Source: an uncultured delta proteobacterium (GTDB lineage: Bacteria; Desulfobacterota; Binatia; Binatales; Binataceae). From it: 64,000 nucleotides of DNA. Each line of letters opens with the position of its first letter. Position 1 is the first letter of the stretch. Below the pieces are notes generated by a model. That model made no database searches and was not told the origin of the DNA. It was given only the letters and a program-made list of their open reading frames with translations. The translations under genes were made by a program, and so were the position numbers. Below, piece by piece: positions 28,278 through 38,238 of the stretch. The DNA is taken from NCBI GenBank assembly GCA_963782535.1, contig CAWAKE010000003.1, positions 780,730 through 844,729 of the forward strand. Reading direction: 5' to 3'.

Positions 28278-28394
28278 TGGGACGCATCATCGCCAGTTCC
28301 GTTGCCGGGTTTGCGAGCTGTGCGGAAATTTCTCCATGCCATCGGTGAAACCCTCAGGCGAATTGCTGTTGCAGCATCGCTATAATCGTCTCTG

Positions 28395-29717
28395 ATGAAA
28401 GTTCTTGTCGTCGGCAAAGGCGGCCGCGAGCATGCGCTCTGCTGGCGCCTCAACCAGAGCCCGACTGTGTGGGGTCTCTACTGCACCGGTGGTAGTCCGG
28501 GAATCAACCAGGTGGCGAAGCCGGTCGCGATCGCGCCCGAAGATTTCGCCGGACTGGTGCGCTTCGCTGCGGACGAAAAAATCGATTTGACGATCGTCGG
28601 TCCCGAGGCGCCGCTCGCCGGCGGCATCGTCGATGAGTTCGAGCGCGCTGGCCTGACGATCTTCGGACCGTCCCAAGCGGCCGCGCAACTGGAAGCGAGT
28701 AAGGCCTTCGCAAAACTCGTGATGCGCGAGGCCGGGGTTCCCACCGCTGATTTCGAAACCTTCGACGATCCGGATGCGGCGCGCCGCTACGTCAAAGCGC
28801 ATCGGGGGCCCTGCGTGGTCAAGGCCGACGGTCTCGCCATGGGCAAGGGCGTTACCGTATGCGAAAACGCCGACGCGGCGCTCGCGGCGATCGGCGAGGC
28901 GATGGAAACGCAGCGCTTCGGCGCGGCGGGCGCACGCGTTGTGATCGAGGAAGTGCTTCGCGGCGAAGAGCTTTCGTTCTTCGCTCTGTGCGACGGCGTC
29001 GATGCGGTAGCGCTCGGCTGTGCCCAGGATCATAAGGCCGTGTTCGACGGCGACCGCGGGCCGAACACCGGTGGAATGGGCGCGTACACTCCGGTGCCGC
29101 GTTACGGCGCCGACTTCGAGGATCGCCTGATGCGCGAGGTCGTGCGGCCCACGCTTTCCGCCATGGCCGCGCGCGGAGCGCCCTTTCGGGGCGTTATGTT
29201 CGTCGGCCTGATGGTCGATGGCGATCGCATCGGCATACTCGAATACAACGTGCGCTTCGGCGATCCCGAATGTGAAGCTCTCATGATGCGCTTCGACGGC
29301 GATCTCGCGGAAACCTTGCTCGCGGTCGCGCAGGGACGGTCGCGCGACGTCACAATCCGGCTGTCGGCGCGCACTGCCGCGACCGTGGTGCTGGCCTCCG
29401 GCGGCTATCCGGGCGAATACGCCAAGGGTCTTCCGATCACCGGCCTCGAACAGATCGACGGGCTTGAACCCTCGGCAGCGAAGGTTCGCTGGGCGATGGA
29501 AAAAACCCGCGTCAAGGTCTTTCACGCCGGCACGACCTCTCGCGATGGCGCACTCGTGACTGATGGCGGTCGTGTGCTGGCAGTCACGGCTCTGGCCGAG
29601 GGACTCGAACGCGCAGTTGCGGCTGCTTACGAAGCAGCCGCCATGATCGAGTTCGACGGCATGCACTACCGGCGCGACGTCGGTGCGCGCGCATTGAGCG
29701 CGGGACGCTCACGGTAG
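28395..29717 (+). CDS. purD: phosphoribosylamine-glycine ligase
   Basis: MKVLVVGKGGREHAL N-terminus; ATP-grasp motifs. Confidence 0.9.
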   Translation: MKVLVVGKGGREHALCWRLNQSPTVWGLYCTGGSPGINQVAKPVAIAPEDFAGLVRFAADEKIDLTIVGPEAPLAGGIVDEFERAGLTIFGPSQAAAQLEASKAFAKLVMREAGVPTADFETFDDPDAARRYVKAHRGPCVVKADGLAMGKGVTVCENADAALAAIGEAMETQRFGAAGARVVIEEVLRGEELSFFALCDGVDAVALGCAQDHKAVFDGDRGPNTGGMGAYTPVPRYGADFEDRLMREVVRPTLSAMAARGAPFRGVMFVGLMVDGDRIGILEYNVRFGDPECEALMMRFDGDLAETLLAVAQGRSRDVTIRLSARTAATVVLASGGYPGEYAKGLPITGLEQIDGLEPSAAKVRWAMEKTRVKVFHAGTTSRDGALVTDGGRVLAVTALAEGLERAVAAAYEAAAMIEFDGMHYRRDVGARALSAGRSR

Positions 29718-29723
29718 TCGATC

Positions 29724-30419
29724 GTGCCGGCGGACAGCAGCGGAAAGATTTGCGGAAATACTTTGGCAAAATCCGAAATCGCTAACTCATCGGAACTTGT
29801 CGCTGCGTCTGACGAAACGACTGCACAGGCCGTCGCGGCGTTGCGCGCCGGTGCGGTCGTGGTCTATCCGACCGAGACCTTTTACGGAATCGGGGCGGAC
29901 GCTTCCGACCCGGCGGCGCTCGAGCAAATCTTCGCCATCAAGGGACGCGACGCGGCCAAGACCATCGCACTGATTGCGCATGACCTAGAGGCCGCGTTCG
30001 CAATCGCAAGCCAGGTTCCGCCCAGCGCGCAAACCCTGGCGCGCGCCTTCTGGCCGGGTCCGTTGACCCTGGTGATTCCAGCGCGCGCGGGGATTCCGGC
30101 GACGCTGGTCGGACCCGACGGCGGCGTCGGTGTGCGCGTTTCGTCCCATCCGGTGGCCCGCGCGCTCGCACGGGGAGTGGGCCGGGCGATTACGGCGACC
30201 AGCGCCAATCGTTCGGGTGCACCGCCGGCGCGGACTATCGCCGAAGCGCGCGCTGCGCTCGGAAGCGCGGTTGAAGTTTACGTTGATGGCGGGACGCTGA
30301 CCGGCGGACAACCGAGCACGGTCCTCAGATGCGATCGCGCGGGAGTGCGCCTGTTGCGCGCGGGCGCCATCGGTATCGAAGAAATCGAAGCGGTGCTCGC
30401 AACGGGAGTTGAGCGATAG
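29724..30419 (+). CDS. tsaC: L-threonylcarbamoyladenylate synthase (YrdC/Sua5 family)
   Basis: VVYPTETFYGIGAD and WPGPLTLV motifs; true start may be an internal TTG/GTG. Confidence 0.75.
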   Translation: MPADSSGKICGNTLAKSEIANSSELVAASDETTAQAVAALRAGAVVVYPTETFYGIGADASDPAALEQIFAIKGRDAAKTIALIAHDLEAAFAIASQVPPSAQTLARAFWPGPLTLVIPARAGIPATLVGPDGGVGVRVSSHPVARALARGVGRAITATSANRSGAPPARTIAEARAALGSAVEVYVDGGTLTGGQPSTVLRCDRAGVRLLRAGAIGIEEIEAVLATGVER

Positions 30420-31721
30420 ATGAGTGGCAATTTCGAACGCCTCGAACCATTTCGGGCGCTTACATTTAATCGCGACCGGGTCGGCTCCTTCGATCGGGTG
30501 GTCGCGCCGCCTTACGACCTGATCGATCGCGCGCGTCAGGACGAACTTTACGAACGCAGTTCCTATAACGTCGTGCGCCTGGAATTGAATCGCGACCCCG
30601 ATCCGTATGGCGCGGCCGCGGCGACCCTCGCGCAATGGATCGCTGCCGGCGTCGTCGCGCGCAGCACAGGGCCCGCGATCTATTTCTATACGCAACGCTT
30701 CGAGGTCGAAGGGCGGCGGCTGGTCCGCAACGGTTTGATCGCGCGGATACGACTGGACGAGTTCAAAGAAGGGCATATCCTGCCGCATGAACGGACCTTT
30801 CCCAAGGCCAAAGAGGATCGGCTGCGGCTGCTCACGGCCACGCGCGTAAACGTCAGCCCGATCTTTGGGCTTTATCCGTCGGGCGACGCCGCGCTCGCGG
30901 CATTGCTGACCGAAGTTGCGACGCGCGCTCCGCTGATTGAAGTGACCGACGACCTAGGAATCGCCAACGAGGTGCGCGCAATCGAGGACGGGCGAGAAAT
31001 CGGAATTGTGCAAAGGGCGCTGGCGCAAGCGCGCGTACTGATCGCCGACGGGCATCATCGCTACGAGACCGCGCTCGAATATCGGCGCCGCCGCCGGGCC
31101 GAGGATGGAAATCCGCCCCATCCGCAGGGCTACGACTACGTGATGATGACGCTGGTTGGGTTCGACGATCCCGGCCTCGTCATCCTGCCGACCCATCGGG
31201 TAGTTCGGCGCCTTGCGGCGGATGCGATCGCGAACTTCGCGGCGCGCGCGGCCGAGACCTTCGACGCGCAGGAAGTGGCATCGGCCGAGGAGCTGTGTGC
31301 GACGGTGGCCGAGTCCGGGCACGGCGCGATCGGCGTCGCGCTCAAAAGCGATCGCACGCTGCGGGTATTGCGCCTGCGCAATCATGACGCGCTAATGGCG
31401 GCCTTGCCCGATGCGCCCGCGGCTGTGCGCGATCTGGACGTCTCGGTTCTGCACGCGCTGGTCTTCGACCGGATCTTCGGGATCAAGCCGGACGAGGTCC
31501 GTCGCGGCGACAACATTCGCTACACGATTGAAACGCGGAATGCGCTCGCGGAGGTCACGACGGGCGCGGCCGACGGCGCCTTCATCATGGCGGCGCCGAC
31601 CGTGGATGACGTCGAGCGAGTTTGCTCTACCGGCGCGACGATGCCAGAAAAATCGACTTACTTTTATCCGAAACTGCTGACTGGTTTGGTAATGAATCCT
31701 TTGGATGAATCTATCGGATAA
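30420..31721 (+). CDS. DUF1015 domain protein
   Basis: about 430 aa; conserved DUF1015-like N-terminal region (VAPPYDLIDRARQDELY, ILPHERT). Confidence 0.7.
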   Translation: MSGNFERLEPFRALTFNRDRVGSFDRVVAPPYDLIDRARQDELYERSSYNVVRLELNRDPDPYGAAAATLAQWIAAGVVARSTGPAIYFYTQRFEVEGRRLVRNGLIARIRLDEFKEGHILPHERTFPKAKEDRLRLLTATRVNVSPIFGLYPSGDAALAALLTEVATRAPLIEVTDDLGIANEVRAIEDGREIGIVQRALAQARVLIADGHHRYETALEYRRRRRAEDGNPPHPQGYDYVMMTLVGFDDPGLVILPTHRVVRRLAADAIANFAARAAETFDAQEVASAEELCATVAESGHGAIGVALKSDRTLRVLRLRNHDALMAALPDAPAAVRDLDVSVLHALVFDRIFGIKPDEVRRGDNIRYTIETRNALAEVTTGAADGAFIMAAPTVDDVERVCSTGATMPEKSTYFYPKLLTGLVMNPLDESIG

Positions 31722-31768
31722 CTGGTGACGCCGCCGTACAGATGGGCGTGAGGGCGGAGGGGCCACTG

Positions 31769-32419
31769 ATGGGGCGACTGACGCTAGTGCGGCACGGCGA
31801 GACCGTCGGCAATTCGAGCATCCGCTATTACGGGCGCACGGATGTCGAACTGTCGGAGTTGGGGCGTCGGCAAATGCGCGCGGCGAAGCAATGGCTCCGG
31901 GAGCGGTTCGGTGCGGCCGGATTTGCGCCGGTGATCGCGAGTCCGCTGCGACGGGCGGCCGAGGGCGCGGCGATAATCGCCGGGGCGGATTGCGCAATCG
32001 TTAAACTTAAAGAGTTTGTTGAAGTTGACTTCGGCCGGTTCGAGGGATTGACGGCCGACGAGATTCGGCTGCGCTATGCGCAGGACTTCGATCGCTGGAA
32101 TCGAAATCGGCTGGACCCCGGCTTTACCTATCCGGGCGGCGAGAGCCGCGCGGCATTCACGGACCGGGTCGAACGTGGAATTCAACGGATGCTCGAAGTT
32201 ATCGCCGAGGCGTCCGCACGCGAGGAACACGTTGCGGCCGGCGGCGAAGGGGCGGCTCTGGTAGTGGCGCATCGCGGAGTGATCCGAATAATCGTCAAAC
32301 GGATGGTGGAGGTCGAGCCGGCGGTCGAGTTGGGATCGATCCAGGTACTGGAGCAGGCGGGGCCCGAGCGCGCGTGGCGCGCCGAGGCGATCGACGCGGC
32401 CGGCGATCTGGAAGTTTAA
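31769..32419 (+). CDS. histidine phosphatase family protein (phosphoglycerate-mutase-like)
   Basis: RHGE motif (LVRHGETVGN); ATG 31769 preceded by GGAGG. Confidence 0.75.
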   Translation: MGRLTLVRHGETVGNSSIRYYGRTDVELSELGRRQMRAAKQWLRERFGAAGFAPVIASPLRRAAEGAAIIAGADCAIVKLKEFVEVDFGRFEGLTADEIRLRYAQDFDRWNRNRLDPGFTYPGGESRAAFTDRVERGIQRMLEVIAEASAREEHVAAGGEGAALVVAHRGVIRIIVKRMVEVEPAVELGSIQVLEQAGPERAWRAEAIDAAGDLEV

Positions 32420-32435
32420 ATGATCGGCCAGGCGG

Positions 32436-34292
32436 CTACGGCTGGCCTTTGGCGGTTGGCGGTGGCTCAGCGGCCGGAACCGGGGGCGCGGCGACGGCGG
32501 TGACAAAGGCGGGCGAGTCGCTGACGGTTCGCGACTTCGCGCGCCAGATGGCAAACCGGCGCATCAGGCGGCGGACGTCGCCGCGACTGGCGCATACGAA
32601 TGAACAGCCGGCGTTGAGCAGCACGGCGGGCTGGGCCAGGGCGGCGGCGCCGCCGCCAAGAATCATGAGATCGGGCGAGTCGAGCTTCAAGTCCCGCAGG
32701 AGGTCCGCGGCGGCCGGCAGGAACTGGGTGTCCGTGCATGAGAGGCTGACCATGTCGGGTGCGTAGCGATTGACGAAATCGCGCAGTTGAGCGGGCGACT
32801 TGCCGTCGATGAGGTTAGCGGCGGCACCGGCGTGGCGCATCAACTCGAGCAACATCATCAGGCCGAGGTCGTGGACCTCGCCGGGGGCGCAGAACCCGAG
32901 AATGCGCAGCTTGGGGGTGCCGCGCGGTTTGACGAAGCGGTCGCCCATCTCAGTGACCAGGTTGCGCGTGGTCTGGATGACGAACTGGTGGGTGTCCTGA
33001 CCGATATGGCCTTCGGAGCACTGCGTACCGGCGAGGGTGAGCGCGGGGATGAGAACATCGTCGAACGCCGCTTCGAGGCCATAAGTGCCGCAATATTTAA
33101 GCGCGAGGGCGCGAGCACCGGGTTGATCGAGCTCGAGGAGCATCCGGTAGTAATCGTTATAGTCTTCGAGCGTGGTATCCGCGCCGAGCAGGATCGAGAA
33201 GAAGCCGAGTTCCGGGATGTAATCGCCGGCGACCTTCAGGCAAGCAGTGAGCGGGGTGGACAGAAGCAAGCCCGGCAATCCCCAGAGCCAAGCCCAGTAC
33301 ATGGCAGAGACCAGCAATGCGATGGGTGATACGCCGATGCCGCGGCCGATGAGGACCGGTTCGACCAACTGGGCTGCCAACTGGTCGAAGACGACGAAGG
33401 CTCCGAACAACTCGAATGATTTGGTCCATCCGGGGAAGACCGCGAAGGCAACGAGAGTCGGCAGGAGGGCCGCGCTCAATGCTCCAACATAGGGGATGAA
33501 GCGAAGCAGGAAGGCGAGACCGCCCCAGAAGGCCGGGTTGGGCAATCCGATGACGGCGACGATCAGGCCGACGGCGATGCCGAAGCCCAGGTTGATCAAA
33601 GCAAGGAGAATCAGATAGCGGCCGACGGCGCTGCCGGCCGCTTCGATGGCCTGAGAGGCGACTGGGACACGGGCGCGGGCGGCGAGCCGGGCGAAACGGT
33701 TGCGCAAATCATGGCGGCCGTAAAGCAGAAAAAAGAGGAGCACGATGATCAGCAAACCCTCGCCGACGCCAGCGAGTATCGGCCAGGCGGAGACGAAAAC
33801 GTCTTTGAGGACGGGCTGCGGCTGAACCTGAATGACTTTGGGGGTGGCGGCGGCCAGTCGCGGGCTTTTTCTTTCGACTTGGTGCTGAATCTTGTTGACG
33901 CCGTGCTCGAAGTGCTGCAACCAGGCCGGCGTGGTGCCCTGGAGGCGGACGATCTTGGAGGCGATATTGTTGGAGTAGTCGCCGATTTCGGCGGCGACCG
34001 AGGTCAGGCCGACGGTCAAAAAGTATCCGGTCGCACCGAGCGCCGAGATTGCCACAATTACCAGCAGGGCTGCGCTAAGGAAACGCCCGACCAGCGGCTC
34101 AAGACGGCTGGCGAGTGGACTGAAGGCGACCGCGAGGATCGCGGCCATGGCCAAGGGCAACAACAGGTCCTTGCCGAGATAGAGCACAACGGTCGCGACA
34201 ATGAAGGCGATAATTGGCCGGCTGATACCGCCTTCGGAGCCGTCGTCGTGGTCCTCTTGCGAGGCGAGTGTGCGGCGGTCGCTGGGTTCCAC
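32436..34292 (-). CDS. AI-2E family transporter fused to C-terminal cobalamin (B12)-binding domains
   Basis: N-terminal ~350 aa with 8 TM AI-2E/PerM topology; C-terminal helical domain plus Rossmann-like B12-binding region (RILGFCAPGEVHDLGLMMLLELMR, a DxHxxG-like ExHxxG motif). Confidence 0.75.
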   Translation of the reverse strand: MEPSDRRTLASQEDHDDGSEGGISRPIIAFIVATVVLYLGKDLLLPLAMAAILAVAFSPLASRLEPLVGRFLSAALLVIVAISALGATGYFLTVGLTSVAAEIGDYSNNIASKIVRLQGTTPAWLQHFEHGVNKIQHQVERKSPRLAAATPKVIQVQPQPVLKDVFVSAWPILAGVGEGLLIIVLLFFLLYGRHDLRNRFARLAARARVPVASQAIEAAGSAVGRYLILLALINLGFGIAVGLIVAVIGLPNPAFWGGLAFLLRFIPYVGALSAALLPTLVAFAVFPGWTKSFELFGAFVVFDQLAAQLVEPVLIGRGIGVSPIALLVSAMYWAWLWGLPGLLLSTPLTACLKVAGDYIPELGFFSILLGADTTLEDYNDYYRMLLELDQPGARALALKYCGTYGLEAAFDDVLIPALTLAGTQCSEGHIGQDTHQFVIQTTRNLVTEMGDRFVKPRGTPKLRILGFCAPGEVHDLGLMMLLELMRHAGAAANLIDGKSPAQLRDFVNRYAPDMVSLSCTDTQFLPAAADLLRDLKLDSPDLMILGGGAAALAQPAVLLNAGCSFVCASRGDVRRLMRRFAIWRAKSRTVSDSPAFVTAVAAPPVPAAEPPPTAKGQP

Positions 34293-34448
34293 GGGGCGCT
34301 AGAACCGTGGGCGGCGCGCGGGGCGTGACCGCAGGGGCAGGGGACGATTAGGCAACGTGAGCATCAGCAGGCGACACTGAAATTGCATCTGCGCGGCGTC
34401 CGCAGCGGGAGCAGGCGCGGAGGGCGCCGGCAGCGGACGGCGGCAAAA

Positions 34449-34470
34449 GCGGCACGAGCGGCACGAGCGG
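34449..34470. repeat. short tandem repeat (GCGGCACGA)x2.4 in the 400-bp leader of the AI-2E/B12 gene
   Basis: read directly. Confidence 0.5.
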
Positions 34471-34694
34471 TAGCGTTACGGTTTAGAACTAATTCAGGCT
34501 ACCGATTGGCGAGCGTGAAAGCATCGATTGCGGCGAGCGGGAGGCGATTGATCGGCAGTTTCAGTTATGTCGGGAACACTACGGTGTAATGATGGTGGCC
34601 GCGGAATGGAAAGCCGTCCGGGCGGCGGCGGTCGCCGTCCGGACGGGTATGGATCGGTCGAGTCCGGGTATGCGGGGCGCGGATGCATCGCGAA

Positions 34695-35720
34695 TCAGAG
34701 GTGGGGAATGACGGAGTCGCCAAACGCTCGAATCGCACGCAGCGCCTGGTCATGCGAAGGACCGCCGGGCTGGCGAATTCTGAGTATGAGATAATCGGGG
34801 CGAATCGTTTCCTGCCACAGCTTGAGTTGATCGAGGCAGTCTTTGGGCGAGCCGACGATCAGGCGGTCGCGTGCCGCAACTTTGAAAGAGAAGTCCTCGG
34901 GACTCTTCACATCCTTGATGTAATCGTCGGGCACATAGGCGCCGTACTTGAAATAAAAACGATGAGTCACCATGGTGGGCGCACTTGCGGCCTCGGCGGC
35001 GGCCATGGTGTCGGCGATGACGGCGTCGCGCATCAGGCAGATGAAGGGATTGCGGCCGAGCTTCGCGCATTCGGCGCGGTAACGATCGGCGAAGCCCTTG
35101 ATCACGGGTAGCGATTGCACCGGGTCGGCGATCCATCCGTCTGCGATGCGGGCGGCGCGACGCAGACCGGGCGGGGTCCATGACGCCATCCAGACGGGCG
35201 GGCCTGACGGTTGAAAGGGCGGCGGTGTAACCAGGGTCTGCTTGAGCTTGAAGTGCGCGCCCTCGAAGGAGAAGCGTTCGCCCTTCCAACTGCGGCGCAG
35301 TATTTCGAGAGCCTCCTCGGCGCGGCGAGTGCGCGATTCGATTGGAACTTCGAAGGCGTCGAAGTCGTGCTGCTGGTAGCCCACGCCGACACTGAGGATT
35401 AGGCGGCCGTGAGTCGCCTGATCGATGACGGCGCAATCCTCGGCGACGCGCACGGGCTGGTACAGCGGTAGCAGCAGGACGCAGGTGCCGACCTTTATGC
35501 GCCGGGTCTGGACTCCGACGAGTCCGGCGACGACGAGTGGATTAGGCAGATAGCCGTCCTCCTGCTGGTGGTGCTCGGTGATGAAGCATCCGTCCCAGCC
35601 GCTGGCTTCGGCGGCCTGCGCCTCGGCGACGATTTCGTCGATGACGCGGGCCATGTTTTTACCGGCGGGCGGATCTTGCGTGCAGGGCAGATAGCCAACA
35701 GGAAGCATCGGGGTCTCCAT
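34695..35720 (-). CDS. LLM-class (luciferase-like) flavin-dependent oxidoreductase
   Basis: TIM-barrel LLM motifs (CFITEHH, LSVGVGY). Confidence 0.8.
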   Translation of the reverse strand: METPMLPVGYLPCTQDPPAGKNMARVIDEIVAEAQAAEASGWDGCFITEHHQQEDGYLPNPLVVAGLVGVQTRRIKVGTCVLLLPLYQPVRVAEDCAVIDQATHGRLILSVGVGYQQHDFDAFEVPIESRTRRAEEALEILRRSWKGERFSFEGAHFKLKQTLVTPPPFQPSGPPVWMASWTPPGLRRAARIADGWIADPVQSLPVIKGFADRYRAECAKLGRNPFICLMRDAVIADTMAAAEAASAPTMVTHRFYFKYGAYVPDDYIKDVKSPEDFSFKVAARDRLIVGSPKDCLDQLKLWQETIRPDYLILRIRQPGGPSHDQALRAIRAFGDSVIPHL

Positions 35721-35827
35721 CGCAGCTTCATCGACGAAGCGCGAATTTTGGCGGCGGCGCGGCGGATCGAATGAAGCTCGAACCGCCGGCGCCGCCGCTT
35801 CAATTGCGAGGTCGCGAGAACAATTCG

Positions 35828-36544
35828 CTATGCGAAAATCTCGTCGAAAAATGATCTCATCGCTTTCCAGGAGCGCTCATCCACCAACTTGTTGTAAGCG
35901 AGGGCAGGATTACCGATTCGCCCGGCGTCGGGATTCGTGAAGCTGTGCACGGCGCCGCCGTAGCTGATGATTTGCCAATCGGCGCACGACTTGGTGAATT
36001 CCTGGGCCGCGGCATTGACCTGGTCGGGGGGCACGAAGGGATCGTCGGCGCCGGTGCAGACCAGCAAGCGGGCCTTCATCTGGCCGGTGGCGGCCGGGCG
36101 CTGCGTGGCGAGGCCACCGTGAAACGAGACGACGCCGCACAGCGGCGCACCGTCGCGCGCGAGTTCAAGCGAGAAAGTCCCGCCCATGCAATAGCCGATG
36201 GCCGCGAGGCGGCTCGAGTCGACCTGCGGTATCGCAGCGAGCTGATCGAGGGCTGCGCGCCCGCGGCCGCGGAGCTTGGTGGGATCGGACATCAGAGCGG
36301 TGGCGACTTTGACTGCTTCTTCCAGGTTGTCAAGTTCGCGGCCGTCGCCGTAGGGGTCGCCGCCCAAGGCCACGTAGCCGAGTTGAGCGAGCCGCTCGAC
36401 GCTTTTTTTGGCATGGGCGCCGAGCCCGAAGGCCTCGGGCATTACGAGAATTCCCGGACGCTTCCCGCTTTTCTGATCGTCGTAGGCGAGGTAACCGCGC
36501 AGGTTCACGTCACCGTCTTTGTATTCAAAGGTCTGAGTCTTCAT
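35828..36544 (-). CDS. dienelactone hydrolase family protein
   Basis: DLH fold; nucleophile elbow GYCMGG. Confidence 0.8.
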   Translation of the reverse strand: MKTQTFEYKDGDVNLRGYLAYDDQKSGKRPGILVMPEAFGLGAHAKKSVERLAQLGYVALGGDPYGDGRELDNLEEAVKVATALMSDPTKLRGRGRAALDQLAAIPQVDSSRLAAIGYCMGGTFSLELARDGAPLCGVVSFHGGLATQRPAATGQMKARLLVCTGADDPFVPPDQVNAAAQEFTKSCADWQIISYGGAVHSFTNPDAGRIGNPALAYNKLVDERSWKAMRSFFDEIFA

Positions 36545-36656
36545 GTCGAAGCTCCTTTAAGATTGCGAATCTAACAGAGCATGGTCGGAGAATTAGATTT
36601 GTCAATAAGCGGGGTCGAAAATCTGCGGGCGGGCGGTTAAAGGAAAGCACGGGTGG

Positions 36657-37550
36657 TCAGAAATGTTCAGGTTCTATCGGTTTGCGATTGTCGCGCTCGA
36701 GCTGCACGGTCATGTGGCGGATGTCGAACTTGTGTTCGAGCAGGGCGGCCATGTCGCCGAGGACGCGGTCCTGATCGGCAGCTCCGGCAACGACGGCGTG
36801 GGCGGAGAGGGCGAGTTGGCGGCCGGTCAGACACCATACGTGGAGGTCGTGGACCTCTTCGGTGCCGGTGACGGCAAGCAAGTCCCGGCGCAGTTCCTCG
36901 AGGTCGATGTGCGAGGGCACGGACTCCATCAGGATGTCTACTCCGTCGCGCACGAGTTCCCATGAGCCATAAACGATGAGACCCCCGATGAAAATGCTGA
37001 TTAGCGGGTCCGCCGGGCGCCATCCGGTGAAAAAAATCACGGCGCCGGCAATAAGGACGCCGATCGAGCCGAGCAGATCGGAAAGCACATGGACGAAGAC
37101 CGAGCGCACGGCCATGCCGCCGTGGCCGTGATTGGAAGTCATCCAGGCAGAGATGCTGTTGACTGCGATTCCGACGATCGCGATAGCGATCACGATGGGG
37201 CTGTGGACCGCGGGTGGATTTTGCAGGCGCGCGGCCGCTTCATACCAGATGAAGACGACCGCCACCCAGAGCAGCAAGCCGTTCAGGAGGGCGCCCAGAA
37301 TTTCTGCGCGCAGGTAACCGAAGGTCTTGGCGCCGCTGGCCGGGCGCGCCGAGATCCAGAGCGCGAGCAGGCTCAGGCACAGGGCGGCGATATCGGTGAG
37401 GAGATGGACCGCGTCGGTCATCAGAGCGAGGCTGTTGGCGTAATAGCCGCCGATGAGTTCGGCGGAAAAGAACAGCCCGGTGATGCCGAGGACAATCAGC
37501 AGGCGCCGCCGATCGGAGGCGAGCTCGGCAGGATGATCGTGAGGCTTCAC
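36657..37550 (-). CDS. cation diffusion facilitator (CDF) family transporter
   Basis: 6 TM segments; HLLTD motif; C-terminal cytoplasmic domain. Confidence 0.85.
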   Translation of the reverse strand: MKPHDHPAELASDRRRLLIVLGITGLFFSAELIGGYYANSLALMTDAVHLLTDIAALCLSLLALWISARPASGAKTFGYLRAEILGALLNGLLLWVAVVFIWYEAAARLQNPPAVHSPIVIAIAIVGIAVNSISAWMTSNHGHGGMAVRSVFVHVLSDLLGSIGVLIAGAVIFFTGWRPADPLISIFIGGLIVYGSWELVRDGVDILMESVPSHIDLEELRRDLLAVTGTEEVHDLHVWCLTGRQLALSAHAVVAGAADQDRVLGDMAALLEHKFDIRHMTVQLERDNRKPIEPEHF

Positions 37551-37637
37551 CGGTAATCCATCGGTGGCAAGGGCGCGCGCAGCGCATCGCCAGGGAACGA
37601 ACTTCAGGCGCCGGAGCGATAGCGGCAGGACTGGACG

Positions 37638-38159
37638 CTAATCATAGTCGAACAGCGTGGAGCAATTGACGGGCGCGAGACGCTGGCGTCCGCCGAGTCC
37701 TTTTAGTTCGATCACGAAAGCGCATCCGGCGACTTCGCTGCCGAGCTTTTGGACCAGGCGGATGGCGGCAAGTGCGGTGCCTCCGGTGGCCAGCAAATCA
37801 TCGACGATAAGGATGCGACGTTTGCCCATCATCCCGTCCTCATGCATCTGGAGGGCGGCGCTGCCGTATTCGAGGTCATAGCTTTCGTCCACGGTGCGAA
37901 ACGGAAGCTTGCCGGGTTTGCGGGCGATGGTCAGACCGACGCCGAGGCGATAGGCGACCGGCGCGCCGACGATGAAGCCGCGCGACTCGATGCCGAGCAC
38001 CATATCGACCTTGCCGAGCCAGGGTTCGGCGATTCGATCGACGACGGCGGCGAGGCCGCGGGCGTCACCGATTAGCGGGGTGATGTCGCGGAAGAGGATG
38101 CCCGGCTTCGGAAAGTCGGGAACGTCGCGGATGAGCTGTTTGATTTCTTCGATGGTCAT
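37638..38159 (-). CDS. apt: adenine phosphoribosyltransferase
   Basis: 173 aa; PRPP-binding motif IVDDLLATGGT. Confidence 0.9.
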   Translation of the reverse strand: MTIEEIKQLIRDVPDFPKPGILFRDITPLIGDARGLAAVVDRIAEPWLGKVDMVLGIESRGFIVGAPVAYRLGVGLTIARKPGKLPFRTVDESYDLEYGSAALQMHEDGMMGKRRILIVDDLLATGGTALAAIRLVQKLGSEVAGCAFVIELKGLGGRQRLAPVNCSTLFDYD

Positions 38160-38238
38160 TGGCGCAAACTTAAGGGCTGACAGCTAAGTTTCTCGATACG
38201 CGATGCGGCGGAAACTCGCGTATCGGCGCTTCACAATA

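Noticed and set aside
28380-29666. 428-aa antisense ORF opposite purD
   Set aside because: Typical high-GC antisense artefact (Arg/Ala/Gly-rich, no motifs). purD on the other strand is unambiguous.
34293-34694. Cobalamin riboswitch in the 400-bp leader of the AI-2E/B12-domain gene
   Set aside because: No B12-box (GCCACTG-like) or other conserved riboswitch core could be recognised on either strand.
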